Shown: positions 19,997-29,319 of the stretch, in pieces
How the letters are laid out: every line of letters starts with the position of its first letter
How positions within the stretch are numbered: position 1 is the stretch's first letter
Assembly (NCBI GenBank): GCA_025363075.1
Contig: JANYEP010000188.1
Location: forward strand, 1-55,504
Origin: Chitinophagaceae bacterium
GTDB lineage: Bacteria; Bacteroidota; Bacteroidia; Chitinophagales; Chitinophagaceae
Reading direction: 5' to 3'
Length of the DNA: 55,504 nucleotides
The notes under the pieces: model-generated
Databases searched by the model: none
What the model was told of the DNA's origin: nothing
What the model saw: only the letters and a program-made list of their open reading frames with translations
Translations under genes and position numbers: made by a program

Positions 19997-20851
19997 CTAA
20001 TATTTGGTGAGTGCTGATTTTTTAAGTTCAGATGGGTTTTGAGAAGTACAGTTTTTAAAAAATTTACTGAAGTGTGCCACATCTTCAAAGCCTAAATCAT
20101 CTGCTATTTCTTTAACAGATTTATCTGTGTAGTAGAACAGCTTTTTGGCTTCTGTAACAACTCGTTCTTGTATAATTTGCAGAGGTGTTTTTTTGCTGTA
20201 TAAAGAGAAAATATTAGAAATAGTTTTTGGCGATTTATTCAGCAAGCCTGCATAAAACTGCACTTGTCTTTCTGTTCTAAAATGTATTTCAACCAAAACA
20301 TTGTATTGTCTTAGTAAATTAAATTTTTCTTCTACAATTTCGGTCTTATCTAAGTATTGCTTTTTTGCTAATCGTGTGGTTTGAATAATTAAACGAACCA
20401 ATAACATCCGCAACATTTCTCCTTTAATATCTTCTTCAGTTTCGTATTCTTCTACAAACAATTCTAAAAGCCTTTGCATTTTTTCAATATGTTCTTCATC
20501 AAGCTTTACAAACATTGTTGATGATGGACCAAAGAAAATAAAACCAACACAACCCACTTCTGCATCGTGGTTTAATATGCAATAAAATTCTCTATTAAAC
20601 TGCCAGGCAACAATGTCTTCTGCTCTTTCAAACTTAAACGATTGATTCAGCATTATAGGCAGTATAGTATTGGCAGCAAATTCATATTCTATTTCATCAA
20701 TAATTACTTTTTGTGTATTGCCTTTGTTCCAGGCTATGGTATGAAAAGTAAAATCACTTTTTTGCTCAAAATAATTTTGTTTAAATGTCTCTTCGTGTTG
20801 CAAAAGCAACAGTTTTCCCAATCCATCTTTATGTGTGAAGCTATGTTTCAT
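19997..20851 (-). CDS. AraC-family transcriptional regulator
   Basis: C-terminal double HTH (QFYAGLLNKSPKTISNIF...VKEIADDLGFEDVAHFSKFFKN). Confidence 0.85.
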   Translation of the reverse strand: MKHSFTHKDGLGKLLLLQHEETFKQNYFEQKSDFTFHTIAWNKGNTQKVIIDEIEYEFAANTILPIMLNQSFKFERAEDIVAWQFNREFYCILNHDAEVGCVGFIFFGPSSTMFVKLDEEHIEKMQRLLELFVEEYETEEDIKGEMLRMLLVRLIIQTTRLAKKQYLDKTEIVEEKFNLLRQYNVLVEIHFRTERQVQFYAGLLNKSPKTISNIFSLYSKKTPLQIIQERVVTEAKKLFYYTDKSVKEIADDLGFEDVAHFSKFFKNCTSQNPSELKKSALTKY

Positions 20852-21023
20852 ATTAGCAGTTGAATCGGTAATTACGAAACAATAATAAAAAACTTACAAA
20901 TACAAAAGCAAAGTCAATTATTATAACCTTGGATTTATTATATAGTTTAACTGTATTTATGAGAATTTATTGAAACAATTGAGGATAAAAATCTACAGTT
21001 TATAATTAAAAATTATTGGCTCT

Positions 21024-22973
21024 TTAATATGTTCTTGCTTGTTTTATAAAAACCTTTCTCGTGTTTTTATAAAACTTAAATTCCACATCCATTGCAAAGT
21101 TTTCGAAACTTACATTCCTTAATCTTCCATATAATATCCAATAATGTTGCTTTATTGCCATTAGATACATTGCTAATTCTTTGATTTCTTTTATTGTTAA
21201 AATTGATTCGTTTTGTTGTAATGAAGAATGACAAATATAATCGACTGCCAGGTCATCGTCATTGCCACTAATCTGGCTCGAAAAGTTGATTAGAAACTGC
21301 TCTGCTCTTATGCTATCATTGGGTTGCACAACACTTGTTTCTCCAAGCTGCACATTAATTGTAAATGCTGGATAATCGTCCCTGTATAAATTTTTTGTAA
21401 CAGCAACACCATTGGCTTCTTCTGTTCCAAATGCCTTGTTAACCAAAATACCCATTGCCAAATTTGTTTGGTCTATGTTGAAATAATACCTTTCTTCAAA
21501 TGCCCTTCTTTCCCAAAGGCTTGCCCACACTGCTTTTATGGCTTTATCAACTGGCTTTTTAGGATTGCTGATATTTCCAGTTTTTGAATCATACAATCCA
21601 GCTCCATTAAAACCTGGAACGTCCTCTGCATTGGTTGATGAACGAAACCTAAAATTGTGTTCTTTGTAATCGCCAATGTTTTCTGCAACCATTTTAATTA
21701 ATTCACCATTTATTTTACCCTCTACTATAGCAGTTCTTATTTTCTCTAAACTTGTTTCTAATCGCTGCTTATCATTTATAATTTCTTTATCATTTAATAA
21801 GGCAGTAATGAGTTGTTCAATATGATTATCCTGAATATGTTTTTTGTAGAAATAAAATGGAATTGCAAATGCTTTTTCTGGTGTTGGAATGTGTTGATTA
21901 TTGTTGAATCTTATTCTTGTCAACTCGCCCATATTTGCAGCCTTGCCACCAACAGTATTGATATCTTTTATGCTTAAATCTTTCGCCCAAATCAACTTAT
22001 CATTTTCAGTGTCACACACAAGTGAAATATATTTTTTGGGGTTTGATTTATTCCAGAATTTGATGGCATCGTGTTCTGTTGCTTCTTTAATAATCAGTGT
22101 ATCATTTTGCACCAAAAAAGAAACTAACTTGTCTTTCAATTTTAAAAAAACTGCATTCTCAAAAGCACTTTTTACCATACAGTTTGGTGTGTTTCTGTTT
22201 TGAGAAAGAATATTGATATGGCAAAGCGGCGTTTGAAAAACTGTGGTAACAGTGGCTGCACACAAAGGCAGGTTGTTTGGTAAACCATTAATAACAATAA
22301 TATCTTTATCAGTAATGTGCTTTTGTATTAAACTATCTTTATCAACAAAACGCAGATAACCATAAGCAAAACCAGTTTTCATTGCCTGAAATTTTTGCCC
22401 TTTATACACTTCGTCAACATCAATAAAAGGCAAGTTAGCATTTGTTTTCCATTGCTGTGTTGTCCAATTATTGTTTAATATTTTAAGGTGATTAGAAAAG
22501 TATGTTGTTGCTTTTATTTTATTAAAAAATTTCTCAACATACTTCACATTAATCTTATCATCAGGAAAAAATTCTACCGTGCAAGTATTGCTTGCTGTAT
22601 ATAAATTAAGATTGCATATACCAAACTTTCTTGATTTAGAATTGCTGTATTCAATGGTGTTAAAATCTTCTAAACTATTGTAGGCTCTTAGATATTCGTT
22701 ACAAAAACTATAGTGATATTTATATTTTTTTGATTCGGCATAGTATATAATATCCTTATCAATATCGTAGATAACCTTTACTGATTTGATGTTTGAAAAA
22801 TTATTTTTTAGTGGCAAGCTTTGAATAGCAGCAAAATCATTTTCACAATTAATTTCAGAAAGATAATCTATTGTTCCACCCTTGTATGCACAAGGCTTTT
22901 GCTGGCAATGAAGATTTGTTGTTATTAAAAATACAAAGAAAAAAGCAGCAGCAAAATGTTTAAGCAAAGTCAT
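21024..22973 (-). CDS. PEP/pyruvate-binding (PPDK_N) domain protein with upstream swivel-His-like domain
   Basis: GGKAANMGEL...FRFRSSTNAEDVPGFNGAGLYDS...VWASLWERRAFEERYY is a PPDK_N ATP-binding domain. Residues about 195-290 (DIIVINGLPNNLPLCAATVTTVFQTPLCHINILSQNRNTPNCMV) resemble the PEP-utilizer mobile domain. Hydrophobic N-terminus. Confidence 0.7.
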   Translation of the reverse strand: MTLLKHFAAAFFFVFLITTNLHCQQKPCAYKGGTIDYLSEINCENDFAAIQSLPLKNNFSNIKSVKVIYDIDKDIIYYAESKKYKYHYSFCNEYLRAYNSLEDFNTIEYSNSKSRKFGICNLNLYTASNTCTVEFFPDDKINVKYVEKFFNKIKATTYFSNHLKILNNNWTTQQWKTNANLPFIDVDEVYKGQKFQAMKTGFAYGYLRFVDKDSLIQKHITDKDIIVINGLPNNLPLCAATVTTVFQTPLCHINILSQNRNTPNCMVKSAFENAVFLKLKDKLVSFLVQNDTLIIKEATEHDAIKFWNKSNPKKYISLVCDTENDKLIWAKDLSIKDINTVGGKAANMGELTRIRFNNNQHIPTPEKAFAIPFYFYKKHIQDNHIEQLITALLNDKEIINDKQRLETSLEKIRTAIVEGKINGELIKMVAENIGDYKEHNFRFRSSTNAEDVPGFNGAGLYDSKTGNISNPKKPVDKAIKAVWASLWERRAFEERYYFNIDQTNLAMGILVNKAFGTEEANGVAVTKNLYRDDYPAFTINVQLGETSVVQPNDSIRAEQFLINFSSQISGNDDDLAVDYICHSSLQQNESILTIKEIKELAMYLMAIKQHYWILYGRLRNVSFENFAMDVEFKFYKNTRKVFIKQARTY

Positions 22974-23221
22974 AATCTATCATTTAAAAATAGAAGATGT
23001 AAATGTGGTGGAATTACATAAAATTATTTTGTTAAATACTTCACTCAGGATAATTACTATGCTTTAATTGTGTAAGATATTGAAATACTTATGCAAGATG
23101 TAGAAATGAAAGCGTTAAAATGTGGGAAGATAATGTGGTGTGAGAAAAATGGCTTTCATTTTACTGGCTAAGCTAATAGAATAAAACTAGCGAGGCTTAT
23201 AGCTTAGTAGAGCAAGAGAAT

Positions 23222-24739
23222 CTATTTTAATGATTCTATCATATCAATAAGCTTAATAAGAACTTCATAATAATGGTGAACCTGTGGAAATTGAGACTTC
23301 TGTAACGACACTCCGTTTTCTCCTCTAAGAGAGGAACTAGGCAAGTTGCTTGTAAGAGTGATTCCATTGGCAGCAGGCTCTAAATGAAGTATTACTTCAG
23401 TATCGTTCAATTGGTAGGTTATTGAAAATTTTTCATTAGAAAATTTATGGATAGTATGTGTTAAGTAGAACAGAATATTCCTGAAATGGGTAAAGTGATT
23501 TTTCATAGGAGCATTAAGTATACTTAGACGTTTTATTGAATTTACCAAGTCATTGTAGTTTCCAAACAAGCTAATTAATATTTTGTATTCTGTAAAAAAG
23601 AAAGAGTACTTTTCAGGAAATGGATTAATTGAGTAACGAATATTTTCATACAAATTAAATTTTTTGTCGCTCACATTACAAATGTTTCTTAAAGTAAGCA
23701 AATCATAATTTACAAGTGTCTGTACGAGTGGCATTAATCCAATTTCTTGCGTAAACCTACCGTATGTGTTTAATTGATTTCTTTCACTTTTTATTTTTAA
23801 ATCAAATAGTTTATCTTTTATAAATGCGTTAATCTTTTCATAATTTGCATAGTAAAATATTTCTCGAGAGTAAAATTTATTTATATAACCATCAAAATCT
23901 GTTTCCTTTCCATATTTGTGATGGAATATAGACCGAATGTTTTTAATGTCACATACAATAATGATTTTGTCAAAAGAAAATTTGTTATAGGTATAGTTAT
24001 TTGTGTACTCAGAAAATTGAGATGAAAATACATTCAAAATTCTAAAAATATGTTCTGGGTCTAGTCGGTCAATATCGTCAATGATTAATACACTTTTTGC
24101 ATCATTATCCTTGGATATCTTATTCAGCTTATCTTCAATTATTTTCGTAACAACATCTTTCTCATAGACAGATTTTGTGCTTCCCAAAATACTATTAAAG
24201 AAATCATCTATTGTTTCATCCTCAGAAGAAAGATTGACCTTGTTTCTGTAGTCTTCTAGTTTGTCAAATTGCTCTTTCAAAACAGATAAGGTAGCTTTGA
24301 GATCTTTGCCTAACTTAGGAATGTATCCAATCAGTTCTTTCAAAACTTCAATTATTGTGTCACGTTTATTTTCTTTAAAATAATTAAACGCTACTTCTGT
24401 TGTATCAAAATCCAGAACTTCCATTTCAACATTTTTATTTAGCAAAAGCTCCATTAAAATATCATACTTGATATATTTTAAAATATCTTGATTAGATGAA
24501 ATTGAATAAGCAATAGGATTAATGAATACTGGATTATATTTAATCTCACCACTCATTAAGTACTTCTCTTGTTTCTTAAAAAACTCGTTTAAAAAGACAG
24601 ACTTCCCTTTTCCAAATTTTCCAGAAAAGATGATTTTATGATTATTTATTATGTCAAGATGTTCTTCAAAGTTTGATGCTTCAAAGTGTATTAACTCAGT
24701 GTCTATTGTCAAACTCATTTTTAATAGATTTTGGTTCAT
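23222..24739 (-). CDS. KAP-family P-loop NTPase
   Basis: Walker A GKFGKGKS; Walker B plus the KAP-type LIIDDIDRLDPEHIFRILN; long helical insert between them; 505 aa. Confidence 0.7.
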   Translation of the reverse strand: MNQNLLKMSLTIDTELIHFEASNFEEHLDIINNHKIIFSGKFGKGKSVFLNEFFKKQEKYLMSGEIKYNPVFINPIAYSISSNQDILKYIKYDILMELLLNKNVEMEVLDFDTTEVAFNYFKENKRDTIIEVLKELIGYIPKLGKDLKATLSVLKEQFDKLEDYRNKVNLSSEDETIDDFFNSILGSTKSVYEKDVVTKIIEDKLNKISKDNDAKSVLIIDDIDRLDPEHIFRILNVFSSQFSEYTNNYTYNKFSFDKIIIVCDIKNIRSIFHHKYGKETDFDGYINKFYSREIFYYANYEKINAFIKDKLFDLKIKSERNQLNTYGRFTQEIGLMPLVQTLVNYDLLTLRNICNVSDKKFNLYENIRYSINPFPEKYSFFFTEYKILISLFGNYNDLVNSIKRLSILNAPMKNHFTHFRNILFYLTHTIHKFSNEKFSITYQLNDTEVILHLEPAANGITLTSNLPSSSLRGENGVSLQKSQFPQVHHYYEVLIKLIDMIESLK

Positions 24740-24748
24740 TCAAACAAA

Positions 24749-24777
24749 CATCCCGAAAGTTCTAAACTTTCGGGATG
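24749..24777 (-). terminator. Rho-independent terminator of cphA
   Basis: 12-bp perfect stem catcccgaaagt / actttcgggatg with a 5-nt loop, followed by a U-rich tract on the minus-strand RNA. Sits 53 nt after the cphA stop. Confidence 0.75.
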
Positions 24778-24829
24778 TAATAATTACAATCTTTTAAACA
24801 CCTCTAAAAAAGGGGAATTAAGAAAACAA

Positions 24830-27448
24830 CTAACTCGCATCCTCCCTTTCCTTCAACTCCTTTATTTTATCTAAAGCACCAGCAACTACATCGCACATTA
24901 TGGTGTATAGAGCACCTTGTATTTGATTTTGGTAAATATATTCGAGTGCTAAGTTTTCGTTGGCAATTACTGTTTGTGGAATATTAGGGTTTACGCTATT
25001 GATTCCTTCTTGCAATAAACTAATAATTTCTTCGGCTGTTCTGCCACGCAAATTTTTATCGCAGCGAATAATTATTTCATCAAAATGTTGTGCAGATATT
25101 GCACCCAATTCTCTAATATCTTCATCGCGTCTATCTCCTGTGCCACTAATTACACCAACACGGTATTTATAGTCAAGCTTGCTGATGAAATCGCACAGAA
25201 GCCTTAATCCGTGTGGGTTGTGGGCAAAGTCGGCAAGGAAGGTGAAGTTTTTAAAATGGAAGAAATTTAAGCGACCTGGCGTTGTGCTGCTACTTGCAAC
25301 AAATGTTTGCAAACCAGTTTTTATATCATCAATTGTAATGGTTTTAAACAAATAAGAAGCCATTACGCTTGGCAAACAATTTGCCACGTTATGCAATGCT
25401 TTTCCTTCAAATGTTAAAGGAATTTCTTTCACATTCATTACACGAATTTTCCAAGTGCCTTTTAAAATAGTTACAAATCCATTTTCAAAAACAGTTGCCA
25501 AACCACCTTTACTGCAATGTGCTTTTATTCGTGGATTGTTTTCATCCATACTAAACAAAGCAATGTTACATTTCAATCTATCTTTAATATTATATACCAA
25601 ATCATCATCAGCATTTAATACTGTATAGCCTTGTGGAGTAACAGTTTCAGCCACTACAGCTTTCACATCTGCCATTTGTTCAATGGTATTGATGCCACCA
25701 AGTCCCATATGGTCAGCAGCAACATTTGTAATGATAGCAACATCGCATTGTTGAAATGCTAAACCATTTTTTAAGATACCACCTCTTGCACATTCCAACA
25801 CAGCAAAATCAACTGTTGGGTCTTTTAAAACAAACGTACTACTCACAGGTCCTGTGCAATCACCTTTCATCATTAGCTGGTTTTGTATATACACACCATC
25901 ACTTGTTGTGTAGCCAACTTTTTTGCCTGCACTTTTGCAAATATGGGCTGTAAGCCTTGTGGTGGTTGTTTTTCCATTAGTTCCTGTAACAGCAATAATT
26001 GGAATTCTACCGTTGCCTCTGTCGGGAAACAACATATCAATTACTGGTTCTGCTGCATTTCTGCCAATGCCTTCACTTGGATCAATGTGCATTCTGAAAC
26101 CAGGTGCAGCATTCACTTCTAAGATAGCACCACCATTTTCGCTTACTGGTGTTCTTAGGTCTTTCGCCATAATATCAATACCACAAATATCTAAGCCAAT
26201 AATTTTTGCAATACGCTCACACATAAAAATATTTGCAGGATGTACTTCATCTGTAACATCTGTAGAAGTGCCACCAGTGCTAAGGTTTGCAGTGGTTTTA
26301 AGCAAAACCAATTCACCTTTTTGGGGTACAGTTTCCAAGGTGTAACCAATATCATCCAGCATTTTCATTGTGCTGCCATCTACATTAATTTGTGTTAAAA
26401 CTTTTTCGTGTCCATAACCTCTGCGTGGGTCTTTGTTTGTTTCATCAATTAAATATTGAATGGTATTTACACCATCGCCAGTAACAGCAGCTGGCGTGCG
26501 ATAAGCTGCACAAATAAATTTAGAGTTAATGACTAAAACCCTAAAGTCGAAACCTGTAATAAAACGTTCAACAATTACATTTCTGCCATACACTTTTGCA
26601 GCTTCAAATGCAGTGAGGGCTTGCTCCCAGGTAGTGATGTTTGTAGTATTTCCTTTTCCGTGATTGCCATCAATTGGTTTAATAACCAAAGGATAACCAT
26701 ATTTATCAACGGCTTCTTGCAAAGCCTCTTCTGTGCGAACAACAGTACCACGTGGCACAGGAATTTCAGCAGCACCCAACAAGTTTTTTGTTTCTTCTTT
26801 ATTGCACGCAATATCAACTGCAATGTTGCTTGTTGTTGAGGCAATGGTTGCACGAATTCTTTTTTGATGCACACCATAACCCAGCTGCACAAGGCTTTGT
26901 TTATTTAAACGAATAAAAGGAATGCCACGTTTTGCAGCTTCCTCTACAATGCAGCCAGTGCTTGGTCCAAGACGAGTGTCTTCGCGTATTTCACGAAGTT
27001 CCTGAATGTCTGCAGGCAAATCATAACCAACTCCATCAACTAAAGCCTGTGCAATTTTTACAGCAGATTTTGCAGCAAAAACACCAGCATCTTCCTCTAT
27101 ATAACTAAACACCACATTATACTCTCCATCTTTACCAGTGCCACGTGTTCTGCCAAAGCCAGTTTCCATACCAGCAAGGGTTTGCAGCTCCAAAGCAATA
27201 TGTTCAATAACATGCCCCATCCAAGTACCTTCTTTAACACGCATAAAAAAACCACCAGCAACAGCCTCACTACAACGATGGCTATACATACTTGGAAACA
27301 TCGCTTCCAATCTTGTAGGAAAACCGTCTATTTCATTGGTTGGTTTTTGTTCTAACTCTTCTAATTGCAAACGCATTTGAATAAGTTTAGGACGACGAAC
27401 ACTCCAGTAATTTGGGCCACGTAAAATTTTAATTTCTTCTATTTTCAT
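24830..27448 (-). CDS. cphA: Cyanophycin synthetase
   Basis: N-terminus MKIEEIKILRGPNYWS; central ATP-grasp domain; Mur-ligase-like domain with VTGTNGKTTTTRL; 872 aa. Confidence 0.9.
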   Translation of the reverse strand: MKIEEIKILRGPNYWSVRRPKLIQMRLQLEELEQKPTNEIDGFPTRLEAMFPSMYSHRCSEAVAGGFFMRVKEGTWMGHVIEHIALELQTLAGMETGFGRTRGTGKDGEYNVVFSYIEEDAGVFAAKSAVKIAQALVDGVGYDLPADIQELREIREDTRLGPSTGCIVEEAAKRGIPFIRLNKQSLVQLGYGVHQKRIRATIASTTSNIAVDIACNKEETKNLLGAAEIPVPRGTVVRTEEALQEAVDKYGYPLVIKPIDGNHGKGNTTNITTWEQALTAFEAAKVYGRNVIVERFITGFDFRVLVINSKFICAAYRTPAAVTGDGVNTIQYLIDETNKDPRRGYGHEKVLTQINVDGSTMKMLDDIGYTLETVPQKGELVLLKTTANLSTGGTSTDVTDEVHPANIFMCERIAKIIGLDICGIDIMAKDLRTPVSENGGAILEVNAAPGFRMHIDPSEGIGRNAAEPVIDMLFPDRGNGRIPIIAVTGTNGKTTTTRLTAHICKSAGKKVGYTTSDGVYIQNQLMMKGDCTGPVSSTFVLKDPTVDFAVLECARGGILKNGLAFQQCDVAIITNVAADHMGLGGINTIEQMADVKAVVAETVTPQGYTVLNADDDLVYNIKDRLKCNIALFSMDENNPRIKAHCSKGGLATVFENGFVTILKGTWKIRVMNVKEIPLTFEGKALHNVANCLPSVMASYLFKTITIDDIKTGLQTFVASSSTTPGRLNFFHFKNFTFLADFAHNPHGLRLLCDFISKLDYKYRVGVISGTGDRRDEDIRELGAISAQHFDEIIIRCDKNLRGRTAEEIISLLQEGINSVNPNIPQTVIANENLALEYIYQNQIQGALYTIMCDVVAGALDKIKELKEREDAS

Positions 27449-27460
27449 AAATAAATATTT

Positions 27461-28204
27461 TTAATTTTTGATTTCGTACTCTGAAATAATTGTACGCTTG
27501 AACTCTAAAACTTCGGGTGCAATTTTAAATCCATTACCACCATATCCTTTTGCAAACGTTCTAATTTTTGCATCACCATAATATCCACCATTTTCATTAT
27601 TGGTGTAGCTATTACTTTCTGTGTTGGTTAGGTATAGCAGCTTTCCTAAAGTTGCGTTTGATCTTGTACAAAGTTTATTTGCAGATTTTAGTGCATCATC
27701 ATAAGCTAATAAATCTGCTTCACGCAAAATACTATCGGCTTGCGAATGTCCAAATTGAAAGTTTGAAATGCTGCTAATTTTAGTTTCCAAAAGCTTAGCA
27801 GTAAGTTCAGTAAATTTATCAATGTTATGTAACACAAAATCTATTGACTGGGTTGCCTGATAGCCTATAAATACGTTTCTGTTTCCATTATATTCTGTAG
27901 CCTTATCGGCAGAAATACAACTTGTTTTTATGTCATTTTCATTGCTTGAGAATAAATGCAGCAAGTTAACAACAGAGTCCACAGTTTCTTGTGTTTTCTT
28001 TACTGCGTCCACCATTCTTGACTGTGTGTTAGAGACAGTAATTGTTAAAATAACCAAGTTGGGTTTAATTCTAATTTTTCCTTCGCCAGAAACACGAATT
28101 ACCTTTTGCTTAATGCTGGATGATGAACAAGCTAATAAGGAGCTGCATACTAAAAAAATAAATACTTTTTTCATAATGTTAATTTTAATTTTCTGTTGCC
28201 ACAA
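27461..28204 (-). CDS. SIMPL-domain (DUF541) lipoprotein
   Basis: Lipobox LLAC from the likely start at 28174 (MKKVFIFLVCSSLLAC). Pattern VSGEGKIRIKPNLV...VSEYEI is typical of SIMPL/BP26. Confidence 0.65.
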   Translation of the reverse strand: MWQQKIKINIMKKVFIFLVCSSLLACSSSSIKQKVIRVSGEGKIRIKPNLVILTITVSNTQSRMVDAVKKTQETVDSVVNLLHLFSSNENDIKTSCISADKATEYNGNRNVFIGYQATQSIDFVLHNIDKFTELTAKLLETKISSISNFQFGHSQADSILREADLLAYDDALKSANKLCTRSNATLGKLLYLTNTESNSYTNNENGGYYGDAKIRTFAKGYGGNGFKIAPEVLEFKRTIISEYEIKN

Positions 28205-28320
28205 AGACTCAAAGATGTAAAGTAGTAATCAATCTTCTTTGGCAATGAAAATAGGGAAATTTATGGAGTAACAAAATTTATCACTAACAATTTCATAAAC
28301 ACAATAAATGCTCCATTGTA

Positions 28321-29268
28321 TTGTGCTATATCTTCGTTCCATTGAAAGCACTTATTTACAAATCAACTGGCAGTTGGTACATTGTTGAAACTGAAACTGG
28401 CAAAAGAATGAATGCCCGTATTAAAGGCGTTTTGAAGATGGATAAAATTACCAGCACAAACCCCATTGCAGTTGGCGATACAGTTGAACTTGAAATAGAG
28501 GATGAGCTTGAGAATACAGCTATCATTAGCAAAATTTATGATAGAAATAATTATGTAGCTCGTGTATCTCCACACAACAAACATCAGCACCACATTGTAG
28601 CCAGTAATCTCGACCAAAGCTTATTATTTGCCACGCTTAAAAACCCTAAAACATCGCAGGGATTTATAGACAGGTTTTTGGTTGCTTGCGAAATGCACCA
28701 CGTTCCTGCAATTATTGCTTTTAACAAAGCAGATATTTATGAAGAGAAAGAACTTGAGCGATTCATAGACCTTAAAAAAATGTATAACGATATTGGTTAT
28801 ACTGTTTTACTGGTGAGTATGGAAACAGAAGATGGAATTGATATTTTAAAAACTGTTTTAAAAGACAAAACAACATTGCTTAGTGGACATAGTGGAACAG
28901 GCAAATCAACATTTATCAACAAGCTTTTTCCCGAGCTTGATTTAAGAACAACTGAAGTGAGTGATTGGAGTGGAAAGGGAATGCACACAACAACATTTGC
29001 CGAAATGTTTGACCTTCCTTTTGGTGGAAAAATTATTGATACACCAGGTATCAGAGAGTTGGGTTTGGTAGATGTTACCAAGCAGGAGTTAAGTGGGTAT
29101 TTCCCTGAAATGAAACGACATTTAAACAACTGCAAATTCAATAATTGTTTGCACATTAATGAGCTTACTTGTGGCATTAAACAAGCCATTGGAAACAATG
29201 AAATAAGTTTTGACAGATACCAGAGTTATTATAATATTTTAGAAAGTCTTAATGAGATAATTCGATGA
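28321..29268 (+). CDS. rsgA: Ribosome small-subunit-dependent GTPase A
   Basis: Circularly permuted GTPase order: NKADI (G4), then GHSGTGKST (G1), then DTPG (G3), with a C-terminal Cys cluster. A TTG at 28342 would give the more typical MKALIYKSTGSWY N-terminus. Confidence 0.9.
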   Translation: MCYIFVPLKALIYKSTGSWYIVETETGKRMNARIKGVLKMDKITSTNPIAVGDTVELEIEDELENTAIISKIYDRNNYVARVSPHNKHQHHIVASNLDQSLLFATLKNPKTSQGFIDRFLVACEMHHVPAIIAFNKADIYEEKELERFIDLKKMYNDIGYTVLLVSMETEDGIDILKTVLKDKTTLLSGHSGTGKSTFINKLFPELDLRTTEVSDWSGKGMHTTTFAEMFDLPFGGKIIDTPGIRELGLVDVTKQELSGYFPEMKRHLNNCKFNNCLHINELTCGIKQAIGNNEISFDRYQSYYNILESLNEIIR

Positions 29269-29319
29269 TGTGATAATATGACAATGATTTTTATTTACCT
29301 ACTTAATGACGATAAAAAA

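Noticed and set aside
19906-20088. 60-aa minus-strand ORF between AraC and YHS genes
   Set aside because: It overlaps the 3' end of the AraC gene out of frame. The remaining part coincides with the 87-nt spacer that probably carries the operon promoter.
24960-27380. Series of plus-strand ORFs (up to 140 aa) antisense to cphA
   Set aside because: All are embedded in a well-supported 872-aa gene in the GC-richer part of the window. They have no recognisable motifs and are typical antisense open frames.
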